Part shown: in pieces, positions 17,701-28,160 of the stretch
How the letters are laid out: each line of letters starts with the position of its first letter
How positions within the stretch are numbered: the stretch's first letter is position 1
Origin: Thermoplasmatota archaeon
GTDB taxonomy: Archaea; Thermoplasmatota; Thermoplasmata; Halarchaeoplasmatales; Halarchaeoplasmataceae
NCBI GenBank assembly: GCA_018334835.1
Contig: JAGXLF010000007.1
Location: 1 to 39,293, forward strand
Direction: 5' to 3'
Length of the DNA stretch: 39,293 nt
The notes under the pieces: model-generated
Seen by the model: the letters and a program-made list of their open reading frames with translations, nothing else
Database searches by the model: none
Told to the model about the DNA's origin: nothing
Translations under genes and position numbers: made by a program

Positions 17701-19492
17701 ACTCTTGTCAGATTCTGAAGATGTCATGATTAGGAGGGTAAATGAAAAAGTTGATAAAGCTATAGAAGGACTTGGAGGGTTAGTCAAAGCTTCTGAAACT
17801 CTAGATGTACAGAAAAAGATCCTTGGAAATTATAGATATCGAGAAAGTATACCTCTAGAACTATACATGAAACTCATGGAAATGGGTGATATTGAAAACA
17901 CAATTCCTGATACTGCTATCCTCGCAGCTAAGAGAGATACTGTTGAGATACCTTTTTGGATAGATATTGATTCCGACTTTATGAAATTGCTCGGGTTTTA
18001 TCTATCTGAAGGTTATGCTAGAAAATCCGAAAAAGAAGGAAAACAATTCTATCAAGTTTGTTTCGCATTTGCTGAGAAGGAGATGAAAGAAAATATCAGA
18101 GATACAATAAATAAAGTTTTCAAAATTGAGCCTTCCGAAGGAGAGAATGTTTTAACGATAAGTTCTAGATTGGTTTACGAATTTTTCCAAGAATTGGAGA
18201 TGGGATTGAGTGCTAAAGAGAAAAGAGTTCCTAACTTTGTGAAATCTCTTCCGAAGGAAAAGGTATCCGATTTGATTGCAGCCTATTTCGCTGGAGATGG
18301 TTCAGTCGAAAGCGGATGTCTTCATGTGCAGGCGACAAGTGCATCGAGAAAGTTGCTTGACGATATAGATTTTTTGCTTAAAAGATTCGGGATTTACGCT
18401 CGTTATAGTCAAAGTGAAAGAGAGGCCGGAGGCGTTTTGCTCGAAAAATATGGGGAAAACCATTATGAGGGAAGAACTTTTCTTTCTAACAAGTTACATA
18501 TTAGGTCCTCTCATTCAGTCTCTTTTGGAAAAAAAATAGGTTTCACTCTAGAAAGAAAGCAGCGAGAACTAGAGAAGGATTATTCTTTAGAAAGAAAACC
18601 AAGAGTAGAAATTGAGGGCAAGCTTGTTAGAGAAAAGATAAAAACAAAGGAAATAAGAAAGTCTGATGAAGAATTCATGTACGACATAGAAGTAGAAGAT
18701 ACTCATAATTTTGTTACAAGAGACAACATTATTACTAATAATTGTGACGGTGATGAGGACTGCATAATGCTCCTTTTAGACGGCTTACTCAATTTCTCAG
18801 AAGACTTTCTACCCGAAAAGAGAGGTGGCCTGATGGATGCTCCTCTTGTTTTGACAACGAAGATCGATCCACAGGAGATCGACAGCGAGGCCCATAACGT
18901 AGATATCGCTTGGAACTATCCTTTAGAGTTCTATGAAAAGACACTCGAATACCCTAAACCTAAAGAAGCAGAGGGTCTGATCGAAACTGTCGAAGATAGA
19001 TTGAATACAGAAGGACAATATGAGAACTTTGGATACACTCACGAAACTTCAAGATTGGACGAAGCCCCTTCCACTAGCAGATATACACGACTCGGTAAGA
19101 TGACCGACAAGATGGATTCTCAGATAAAGGTTGCGGATTTGATCAGAGCGGTGGATACAAAAGACGTCGTGAGCAGGGTGATAAATGATCATTTTATACC
19201 AGATCTCATAGGAAATTTGAACAAATTCGGTGTACAGCAGATAAGGTGCACTAAGTGCAATACTAAGTACCGAAGGATTCCATTAAGTGGGGAATGCAGA
19301 TGTGGCGGGAATCTTACCTTGACTATCCACGAAGGCAGCGTTAAAAAGTATCTAAACTTTTCTTTAGATATGGTTGAAAAATATGAGGTCTCTGAGTATC
19401 TTTACCAGCGTGTACAACAGTTGAATAGACAGATAGGATCTCTCTTTGAAAATGATAAAGTTTCCACCCCGAGTTTAGACGAATTCTGTTGA
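14780..19492 (+). CDS. polC: DNA polymerase D large subunit DP2, intein-containing, non-canonical start
   Basis: AVLTEGILVAPLEGI, FAGPIRSAGGT, GGFRLRYGR, FKDGTSRYD, LAPHTSGG, HAAKRRN|CDGDED, C-terminal Zn fingers and a PIP-like tail. The frame extends upstream of the track start (14948) as SELAHSEKIADYF...ARSLGYDP...EIPRAEDLA with no ATG/GTG/TTG; ACG at 14780 lies 6 nt after GGAGGT. Confidence 0.95.
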   Translation, partial: TSELAHSEKIADYFRSLEEEAENCYEIAEKARSLGYDPNREVEIPRAEDLALRAQKLTGVENTAEKIRELSEKYDREEVSIRIAKEVASRDEGSVAGRLEDAVRIGLAVLTEGILVAPLEGIGGVDIRENNDGSNYVELSFAGPIRSAGGTGQAMSVLIADVVRRELGFGRFKPTPSEIQRFKEEIPLYKKSLGLQYTPTAEEISLIVDGCPVSISGEGTGQEEVSGNRDLPRVETNQVRGGACLVIAEGMCLKAKKLKKHVEKLAIEGWDFLDEYIDEYASGKKDESGDEEGSKKGVAPRTKYIQETIAGRPVFGHPSEKGGFRLRYGRTRTEGLASIAVNPATMYVTDEFMALGTQVKTERPGKAGAITPCDSIEGPTVLFKDGSVKRIDSPEEGKERQKEVEEVIDLGEVLIPFGEFVENNHPLVPGSYCHEWWIQEVEEDFEEKDITSKRAVELSREKDYPLHPKFTYFWDYVSIDDIKQLRDWVSNKGEVDEEALILPDESYMKGILESIGIPHEVEDHIIISVFEPFLFSLGLNEENLTKIEESESDKPLEYISELAGVTVRSKGPTNIGSRMARPEKAKERKMSPPVHGLFPLGEAGGSERLIKKAVEKNVIEVDISARRCQKCGKGSAQIRCSCGGRCEIVDEPKEQKIPMKSIYRQALNTLGEGGNIKKIKGVKGLITETKTPEALEKPILRAKHDIYVFKDGTSRYDMTDLPLTHFKPEEVGLTVDQAKDLGYEEDIEGRELEEEDQMLELKPQDMVISKEAGEYMVKVANFVDDLLEKYYDLANYYNAEDRTDLIGELVVGLAPHTSGGVLGRIIGFHNGRAGYAHPHFHAAKRRNCLPGDMEVKMVDGSTLELEELYNTADHEEEMDCMGTTGKEIDRDVLTAVEEKINSSKASKVIRTPAPEFKIEFKTQAGRKLEVFPDHRMKTADGVKKARELEKGDQLLTPLEIDVRTKDRDHIRLDELLSDSEDVMIRRVNEKVDKAIEGLGGLVKASETLDVQKKILGNYRYRESIPLELYMKLMEMGDIENTIPDTAILAAKRDTVEIPFWIDIDSDFMKLLGFYLSEGYARKSEKEGKQFYQVCFAFAEKEMKENIRDTINKVFKIEPSEGENVLTISSRLVYEFFQELEMGLSAKEKRVPNFVKSLPKEKVSDLIAAYFAGDGSVESGCLHVQATSASRKLLDDIDFLLKRFGIYARYSQSEREAGGVLLEKYGENHYEGRTFLSNKLHIRSSHSVSFGKKIGFTLERKQRELEKDYSLERKPRVEIEGKLVREKIKTKEIRKSDEEFMYDIEVEDTHNFVTRDNIITNNCDGDEDCIMLLLDGLLNFSEDFLPEKRGGLMDAPLVLTTKIDPQEIDSEAHNVDIAWNYPLEFYEKTLEYPKPKEAEGLIETVEDRLNTEGQYENFGYTHETSRLDEAPSTSRYTRLGKMTDKMDSQIKVADLIRAVDTKDVVSRVINDHFIPDLIGNLNKFGVQQIRCTKCNTKYRRIPLSGECRCGGNLTLTIHEGSVKKYLNFSLDMVEKYEVSEYLYQRVQQLNRQIGSLFENDKVSTPSLDEFC
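17321..18742 (+). mobile_element. Intein (474 aa) with a LAGLIDADG homing endonuclease in polC
   Basis: Splits the conserved KRRN/CDGDED motif. Starts CLPGD, ends MYDIEVEDTHNFVTRDNIITNN with +1 Cys. LAGLIDADG motifs LLGFYLSEG and LIAAYFAGDG. Confidence 0.95.
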
Positions 19493-19496
19493 AATC

Positions 19497-20513
19497 TCAA
19501 TCGAAGGAGAGGAGACTAGACTGTTTTCTTCTTTCCATACCCTTTTCGAATTTCTTCAAGGCGGATTCAACACGACCTTCAGAGAAATCTCTTTCATCAC
19601 ATAGGAAACCTTTCACGTCTCCAAGCTCGTCTTCGAATCTGATAGTGTAATCATCTTTAACATCTGGATCTAGAAAAATTTCCTGTATGGCTTCGTAATT
19701 GTCGATCTGAGCATCTTTTTCTTCCAAGACGCTTTCTAGATCGTTGTATTTTTTGATATATTTCAAACCTCTTTTTGGCCCTATCCCTTTGACTCCTTCA
19801 TTGTAATCGGTTCCACATAAAATACCTATATCAACAAGCTGTTTACGAGTGATATCTAGGTCATTTAAGACTTCTTCAAGTTCTATCAATTCAGGACTTA
19901 TCTTTTTATAATCAGATGAACCGGGCATCTTTCGTTTACCGGTTACTGTAAGATTTTTAACCAATCTGTTCGCTCCGAAAAGCAGGGTATCGTGATCTTG
20001 GCTGGCCACCCCCCAAGCATCGCCGTTTCTTACTATATGGGCTGCCTGGCTCTCTCCTTCGGATGGAGCTTGGATCCACGGGATAGCAAGAAGGGAGAGC
20101 AACTTTTTGCTGCTCTCTTCGATTTCGTCGGTCATCCTAGATGTCTGCTGTGCTTTTATCCTTGCTCTTTCTAGGTCTCCTTTCTCAAGCGATTTCTCAT
20201 ACTCTTTTTTTGCCCTTTTCTTTCTTTCTTTTCTCTTTTCTAAAGTCCCTTCTTTCATCATATCTGGCGCGCCATCAAAAACGTATACTGGTTTAATCCC
20301 GGCCCCCACTAAATTTGCATTTCTATATAATATGCCCGAAAGATGAGAAGTAACCCTTCCTTCAGAATCCTTGAGAGGTTTACCGTCTCTCTGACGTATA
20401 CTTGACAAGAATTGGTATATTATATTGTAAGCGTCTACAGTCATCACCATGTCTTCTAAATCATCGAAATTTATCTCTTCGCTCTTCAATATGTCTCCGA
20501 TGCCAACTCCCAT
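19497..20513 (-). CDS. fen: Flap endonuclease 1
   Basis: MGV start, DAYNIIYQFLSSIRQRDG, TSHLSG, APSEGESQA, GTDYN..GIGPK, C-terminal PIP box QSSLLSF. Confidence 0.97.
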   Translation of the reverse strand: MGVGIGDILKSEEINFDDLEDMVMTVDAYNIIYQFLSSIRQRDGKPLKDSEGRVTSHLSGILYRNANLVGAGIKPVYVFDGAPDMMKEGTLEKRKERKKRAKKEYEKSLEKGDLERARIKAQQTSRMTDEIEESSKKLLSLLAIPWIQAPSEGESQAAHIVRNGDAWGVASQDHDTLLFGANRLVKNLTVTGKRKMPGSSDYKKISPELIELEEVLNDLDITRKQLVDIGILCGTDYNEGVKGIGPKRGLKYIKKYNDLESVLEEKDAQIDNYEAIQEIFLDPDVKDDYTIRFEDELGDVKGFLCDERDFSEGRVESALKKFEKGMERRKQSSLLSFD

Positions 20514-20525
20514 TTTATCAACTTT

Positions 20526-21236
20526 CTAAAAGATCGCTCCTTCCATCTGTACCTCTATCCCGTTATCGGTAATCACGAATGGTTTGATCTTACGTGAATG
20601 GTCGATCCTCCTCATCTTTATAACTTGAATGCTCAATTGGACTTCCTCCATATCAGATTGATTGTACCTCAAAAGGACTACTCCATCTGCCGTATACTCT
20701 ATCAGTCCATCTCGAGAACTAGTTGGATTTTCGTCTTTTACTTCTGCAGTGAGTAAAGCAGTAGCGCCTGTATCTTTTATCATCTTACTCAATGCAAATA
20801 GTTGATTTCTTTTTTGTTGAGGCGTGTCAGCCAGCATGTTCAACAGTGATACGGAGTCGATAGCTATCCTTTCCGCATCAAAATCTTCTATGAACTGCGG
20901 AAGATCGCTTTTAATTTTATTGATCGTAGCCTCTGCATCGGCAGGTGTCAATTTTTTCACCGCTAACTGATTCTCGTCTAAGTAAGGCTGAAAATCCCAG
21001 CCGTAAGAAAGCCCAGTTTCGATCATGGCGTCCCTGTCTTCCTCTAGAGATATGAATATACCAGATTCGTCCTTTTGCAAGCCTTCCCAAATGTACTGAA
21101 GGGAAAAGGTAGTTTTTCCAGTGCCAAATTCCCCCATTACAGTGAACACGTGCCCCTTTGGCACACCGCCTTTCAACATCTCATCCAATCCATCTATACC
21201 TGTTTTTATTTTCTCTACATCTTTATTTACCATCAT
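20526..21236 (-). CDS. KaiC/RAD55-family single-domain ATPase
   Basis: TGIDGLDEMLKGG, Walker A GEFGTGKT, SLEE, Walker B IAIDS, EYTADGV, IKMR. Confidence 0.9.
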   Translation of the reverse strand: MMVNKDVEKIKTGIDGLDEMLKGGVPKGHVFTVMGEFGTGKTTFSLQYIWEGLQKDESGIFISLEEDRDAMIETGLSYGWDFQPYLDENQLAVKKLTPADAEATINKIKSDLPQFIEDFDAERIAIDSVSLLNMLADTPQQKRNQLFALSKMIKDTGATALLTAEVKDENPTSSRDGLIEYTADGVVLLRYNQSDMEEVQLSIQVIKMRRIDHSRKIKPFVITDNGIEVQMEGAIF

Positions 21237-21237
21237 A

Positions 21238-22071
21238 TCACCTTATCTTTTGATAATTTATCACGGTGTAACCTTGATAATCGGTCACCTCGGCCGTGAA
21301 CCGAGCGATCTTCTCCCGCTTAAGATGAGGTAAAACACTCATGAACTTATCAACTAAAAGATAACGCTGTCTTTGGGAACTACGCGAAGTTTTAGACCAT
21401 TGGAAAGAAAAAACCCCGTCAACACTATCGATTATCTGGTATTCAAGACTCTTTTCCACTATTCCCTTTGAAAGCAGTAGATAAACCACGCCCCCCCATC
21501 TTTTTGAAGCTCTTCTCATACCTTTTATAATGGTAACCAATTTGTTTTCGTCGATAGAGGAGTTCGTTAGTAGATCAGTGATGGAATCGATTACGACCAT
21601 ATTGTCTTCGGCATTGTTGTCTAGAAAATGAACGAGTTCTTCCAAAAGATCAGAATCGGAGGTATCTGAAAAAAGATCATTGCTACTAGGTTCTCTTGAC
21701 CATCCCGAGGGGACCATTGTCCGTTGAAAGAATTCTTGAGAGAAGTCTTTAAATTCTAGATCGTTCACTATAATGTCGTAGTAATCCTGATTAAAAGAGG
21801 CACTAATTTCATCTAATATATCTTCTTTTGCTCGTGAAAATGTGATGTAGAAAATTTCCTCTGGTAGGACGGAACTTCTACAGACATCTCCTAGTACCGC
21901 TGAGATATCTCTCGGCTCTTCTTTCACTTTCAATATCTTTGCGGACGAAGTGTAGACATATTCAAGTCCGCCTGCGCCTATCTCGGTAAAAAGGAGTACC
22001 ACAGAACCTGCAGGTACACCTCCTTTGATGATCGCGTCTAAATCGCTAACACCCGTTGGTATTTTCTTCAT
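21238..22071 (-). CDS. RAD55/KaiC-like protein with a degenerate Walker A
   Basis: IPTGVSDLDAIIKGGVPAGS, P-loop TEIGAGGLE (no GKT), VVIDSITD, VDGV. Start moved to ATG 22071 (MKKIPTG). Confidence 0.82.
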   Translation of the reverse strand: MKKIPTGVSDLDAIIKGGVPAGSVVLLFTEIGAGGLEYVYTSSAKILKVKEEPRDISAVLGDVCRSSVLPEEIFYITFSRAKEDILDEISASFNQDYYDIIVNDLEFKDFSQEFFQRTMVPSGWSREPSSNDLFSDTSDSDLLEELVHFLDNNAEDNMVVIDSITDLLTNSSIDENKLVTIIKGMRRASKRWGGVVYLLLSKGIVEKSLEYQIIDSVDGVFSFQWSKTSRSSQRQRYLLVDKFMSVLPHLKREKIARFTAEVTDYQGYTVINYQKIR

Positions 22072-22130
22072 GATTTCACGTCGTCGGACCTTTGTCAGAC
22101 AAACCGTCAATCATACTTATATCAGAACTT

Positions 22131-22170
22131 TACTTTATACTTTTCTTATTTACTTTATACTTTTCTTATT
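22131..22170. repeat. Perfect 20-bp tandem duplication
   Basis: TACTTTATACTTTTCTTATT at 22131-22150 and again at 22151-22170. Confidence 0.95.
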
Positions 22171-22265
22171 AGATATTATCTTGTATTGTTGCAAGAGTTT
22201 AATGAATCTAATTTTATTACCTTTCAAGGATTTAAAATCGAATAGAATAAAGACAATATTATATC

Positions 22266-22350
22266 TTGGCGGTCTCCAAAATCCTTTTATAGGAGCTCCC
22301 TTCCTAGCTCAAGTCCCCTAGGTCGGGACTCGATATCCCGATACGGGAAG
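22266..22350 (-). ncRNA. Candidate structured RNA or leader, divergent from the 23S promoter
   Basis: GC-rich patch in an AT-rich intergenic region with several helices (AGTCCC/GGGACT, CCTAG/CTAGG, TCGGGA/TCCCGA). A minus-strand TATA-like TTTTAAGT lies at 22362-22355. Family not recognised. Confidence 0.35.
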
Positions 22351-22365
22351 TAAACTTAAAATACC
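22350..22365 (+). promoter_or_regulatory. Probable 23S rRNA promoter (TATA-like box)
   Basis: AAACTTAAAATA lies about 30 nt before the structured leader (CTCGGCGAC...GTTGTCGAG) that precedes the processing stem. Confidence 0.5.
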
Positions 22366-22456
22366 TTAATCACGTAATGTTTAGAATGCACTCGGCGACA
22401 TGAGAAAGGGTTGTCGAGGAAGGGTATAGGATCACTATGATCCGATGATTACCGAT

Positions 22457-25468
<3,012 letters not shown>

Positions 25469-25474
25469 AATATT

Positions 25475-25502
25475 GCATTTTTCTACATCTGCTTTTATTT
25501 GT
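25475..25502 (+). terminator. Oligo-T terminator after the 23S rRNA
   Basis: GCATTTTTCTACATCTGCTTTTATTT directly follows the processing stem. Confidence 0.5.
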
Positions 25503-25592
25503 ACATAATCTAGCGTATATTCTGAAGAAAAGGCAAAAATAAATCAAGAAAAGATTTATTCTGTCTAGGTATGTTTCAAAAAACAGATTGAT

Positions 25593-25937
25593 ATGGATAA
25601 AGTCATGATAATTTTGATATTTTGGTTAGTTGTTGGAATTATTGGAGCCTCCGTTTTTGTATTATTCAGAAGAAAATTAGCCCTAAGACATCTAAACAAA
25701 AGGGATAACTATCTTCTGAAAAAAGACAAATTTTTAGTCAAAGTATTAATGGCTATCGTTATCACTCAGGTTTTGATAGTTCTATTTTTTATTTTGCTCT
25801 CAGATATCCCTTCTATAAAGGTTATACTTTTTGAATCATATCTCTCGATATTGATAGGTCAAGCGTTTTTGTTTACTAGAGTGATTGTATATGTTAAAAA
25901 ATGCATAAAAATGGCTGAAACTCCCTCTTCTAAGTAG
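25593..25937 (+). CDS. Hypothetical membrane protein (~3 TM)
   Basis: 114-aa AT-rich ORF with three hydrophobic segments; TATA-like TTTATT ~35 nt upstream. Confidence 0.6.
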   Translation: MDKVMIILIFWLVVGIIGASVFVLFRRKLALRHLNKRDNYLLKKDKFLVKVLMAIVITQVLIVLFFILLSDIPSIKVILFESYLSILIGQAFLFTRVIVYVKKCIKMAETPSSK

Positions 25938-25938
25938 T

Positions 25939-26340
25939 TCAAGTAAGTCCAGCAGGTGTTCTTGAATCGAGAACCAGGTGAGATATGTATCCAAGGAGGA
26001 AAAAATAAAGAGACCAGATCAAGAGGCTTGAATCTTTGAGCAGTATGTAAAGAGAAACAATCCATATTATGAGTAGCACGTAAAGCAGGATTTTACTGTG
26101 AGCAAAGAACCTATGCCGACTGGTGAAAGGAGGATCTAGTTTATCTGGGAGTATTCCTCCAAATAAAGAGGCAAAGATCATGATGAAAAATAGGCTGACC
26201 TCCATCGATAGTATAGAGGTGAGAGTAGACATAAATGACGGGTTGGGAGGAAGAAATAACGACATGTGGAGGAAATGCCAGACGAAATAACCCAGAATGG
26301 CAAAGATTATAGATCCAAGGATGTGTGAGTTTCTTCTCAT
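25939..26340 (-). CDS. Membrane metal-dependent hydrolase (YdjM/DUF457-like)
   Basis: N-terminal H, GGILPDKLDP, HRFFAHS, GYISHLVLDSRTPAG. Confidence 0.8.
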   Translation of the reverse strand: MRRNSHILGSIIFAILGYFVWHFLHMSLFLPPNPSFMSTLTSILSMEVSLFFIMIFASLFGGILPDKLDPPFTSRHRFFAHSKILLYVLLIIWIVSLYILLKDSSLLIWSLYFFLLGYISHLVLDSRTPAGLT

Positions 26341-26617
26341 CTTGCTCTCATTAGGACTTATCGATAGGTGACTTTTATTTATAATTTATAGGGAGAGGGG
26401 GTAGGATGAAAATGTCATTTCTACTGTGGGAAACAATATAAAAGATGGATATTGACCTATAGTGAATTCGATTAGGTATGCGAAAACGCCTCTAACATTA
26501 TTATCATAAAGGTAATACCGCTAACTAGATAGAGGCTGATAAATCCGTATTTCTTTCAAGGTAATCTCCGTCGATAGCTTCTTCCTTTGAGGCCGGGTTA
26601 GATGTGATTTATTTCAC

Positions 26618-28160
26618 CTTAAACCAGGCAGGAGGCTCCTTCTTTCATGTGCAGGACTACATCCTTTCAGTCTCGAGGCATACCTGCCGAGAGAATAAGG
26701 GATTCAATTCCCTTCATCCTCGTTAGCACTGCGGAGGGCTGAGAGGAATGCCACTTTCACTGAACCCTCTATCGGATATTTAAGTAGTACAGGTACAATA
26801 CTAAAAATAGATGAAGAGAACAGTCAAGATCAAGCTCTCTATAAATGACCGTAAGGCTCTAGAAGAAACTATAAAACAGTTCAAAAAGGCATGTCAGATG
26901 ACTGTTGAAGAAGGTTGGAACGAGAACGGCCTCAACAACTACAAAAAATACAAACTTCAGAAAAGAGTCTACGATGAAATCAGAGAAACTACAGATCTGC
27001 AGGCCAATCTAGTAGTCAGAGCGATAGCCAGGGGTGCACAAGCAGTGAAAGGTTGTACTCAGCTACTTGAAAACGGCTTCAAAGCAAGCAAACCCAACTT
27101 TACCTCCGACTCGATAGCATATGATAAAAGAACACTATCAGTATATCTAGATGAAAAAAGATGCACCATATCAACGGTAAACGGCAGGATAGATGCCAAC
27201 TTCGTATTACCGGAAGAAAGGAACGATTATTACAAGGAATACCTTGATGACAGTTGGGAGATAACTCAATCTACAATAGAAAAACACGAGTATGAAAAAG
27301 AAAATTCATTTTACCTACATTTGGGACTGGAAAAAGAAAATGAAGAAATAGAGCACGAAGATCCGACCGTTATGGGAGTAGATCTTGGCATGAACAACTT
27401 GGCTGTTACATCGACCGGCAAGTTCTTCAAAGGCAACCAACTCGACCATAATAGAAAAAGGTTCGAAGAGATGCGTGGTAAGCTGCAGCAAAAAGGCACA
27501 CGTTCCGCTCATCTGACCATACAAAGGATGAGTGAACGTGAAAACCGCTACGCCTGCGATACGCTACACTGTATCTCTAAAGAACTGGTCGAGGAAGCTG
27601 AAAGGAACGATGTCGACATCATAACCTTCGAAAATTTGAAGTATATACGCGAACGAATGCCCAAAAACAAGTGGTACCACGTTTGGGCATTCAACAAACT
27701 GTACCAGTATGTTGAATACAAGGCCAAAGAACGTGGTATTCAGGTCAAGCAGATAGATCCAAGAAATACCAGTCGTAGATGCAGTAAGTGCGGACATACT
27801 GAAAAAAACAATAGAAACGGTAACAAGTTCAAATGCAAACAGTGTGGTTATGAACTCGATGCTGATTATAATGCAGCCAAGAATATAGGTATCAAACTTC
27901 TCCACCGACGGCAAAAGTCCTCTGCTGGAGCGGGCAACGGTCAGCTTGCCCTTAAGTCAGGAACGTTGAAATTGAATGGAGAGTATTCTCCTACCTTCTT
28001 ATCCGCAAGGCTCTGCCTGAGGTATTTCGGAATTCAAAAGGAATTCTAAATATCGATGGAATTGTAAAACAATTCCAGTAGAATGCAGGGACGTAGTCCC
28101 GTACAGGTCAGAAATGGAGTTCACTGACAAGCTCCCATCCTTTAGGTGGGAGAAGCTGAC
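26618..28160 (+). mobile_element. IS200/IS605-family tnpB-only (IS1341-type) element
   Basis: Right end: guide CAAG (28128-31), hairpin 28132-52, cleavage site TGAC (28157-60), consistent with the pairing rule. Left end is inferred: TCAC (26614-17) with guide GAGG at +15..+18. No tnpA, terminal inverted repeats or target-site duplication seen. Confidence 0.8.
26811..28049 (+). CDS. tnpB: RNA-guided endonuclease TnpB
   Basis: RuvC-I VMGVDLG, RuvC-II ITFENL, Zn ribbon CSKC/CKQC, RuvC-III DADYNAAKNI. TATA TTTAAGTA lies ~25 nt before the ATG (leaderless). Confidence 0.95.
   Translation: MKRTVKIKLSINDRKALEETIKQFKKACQMTVEEGWNENGLNNYKKYKLQKRVYDEIRETTDLQANLVVRAIARGAQAVKGCTQLLENGFKASKPNFTSDSIAYDKRTLSVYLDEKRCTISTVNGRIDANFVLPEERNDYYKEYLDDSWEITQSTIEKHEYEKENSFYLHLGLEKENEEIEHEDPTVMGVDLGMNNLAVTSTGKFFKGNQLDHNRKRFEEMRGKLQQKGTRSAHLTIQRMSERENRYACDTLHCISKELVEEAERNDVDIITFENLKYIRERMPKNKWYHVWAFNKLYQYVEYKAKERGIQVKQIDPRNTSRRCSKCGHTEKNNRNGNKFKCKQCGYELDADYNAAKNIGIKLLHRRQKSSAGAGNGQLALKSGTLKLNGEYSPTFLSARLCLRYFGIQKEF

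Noticed and set aside
22268-22285. GGTCTCCAAAATCC resembling a tRNA-Trp anticodon arm
   Set aside because: No D-arm, T-arm or acceptor stem around it.
22025-22321. 98-aa plus-strand ORF upstream of the 23S gene
   Set aside because: Overlaps the RAD55-like start antisense and runs through low-complexity AT-rich sequence including the tandem repeat.
26400-26617. Possible minus-strand ORF (AGGTGA then ATC, 27 codons) or decayed membrane-protein gene
   Set aside because: All frames are short with no recognisable motif, and the SD-like sequence straddles the inferred IS junction.
26648-28105. Hairpin stacks as a CRISPR array or terminal inverted repeats
   Set aside because: No identical repeats with regular spacers and no cas genes; the inverted match is subterminal with no target-site duplication.
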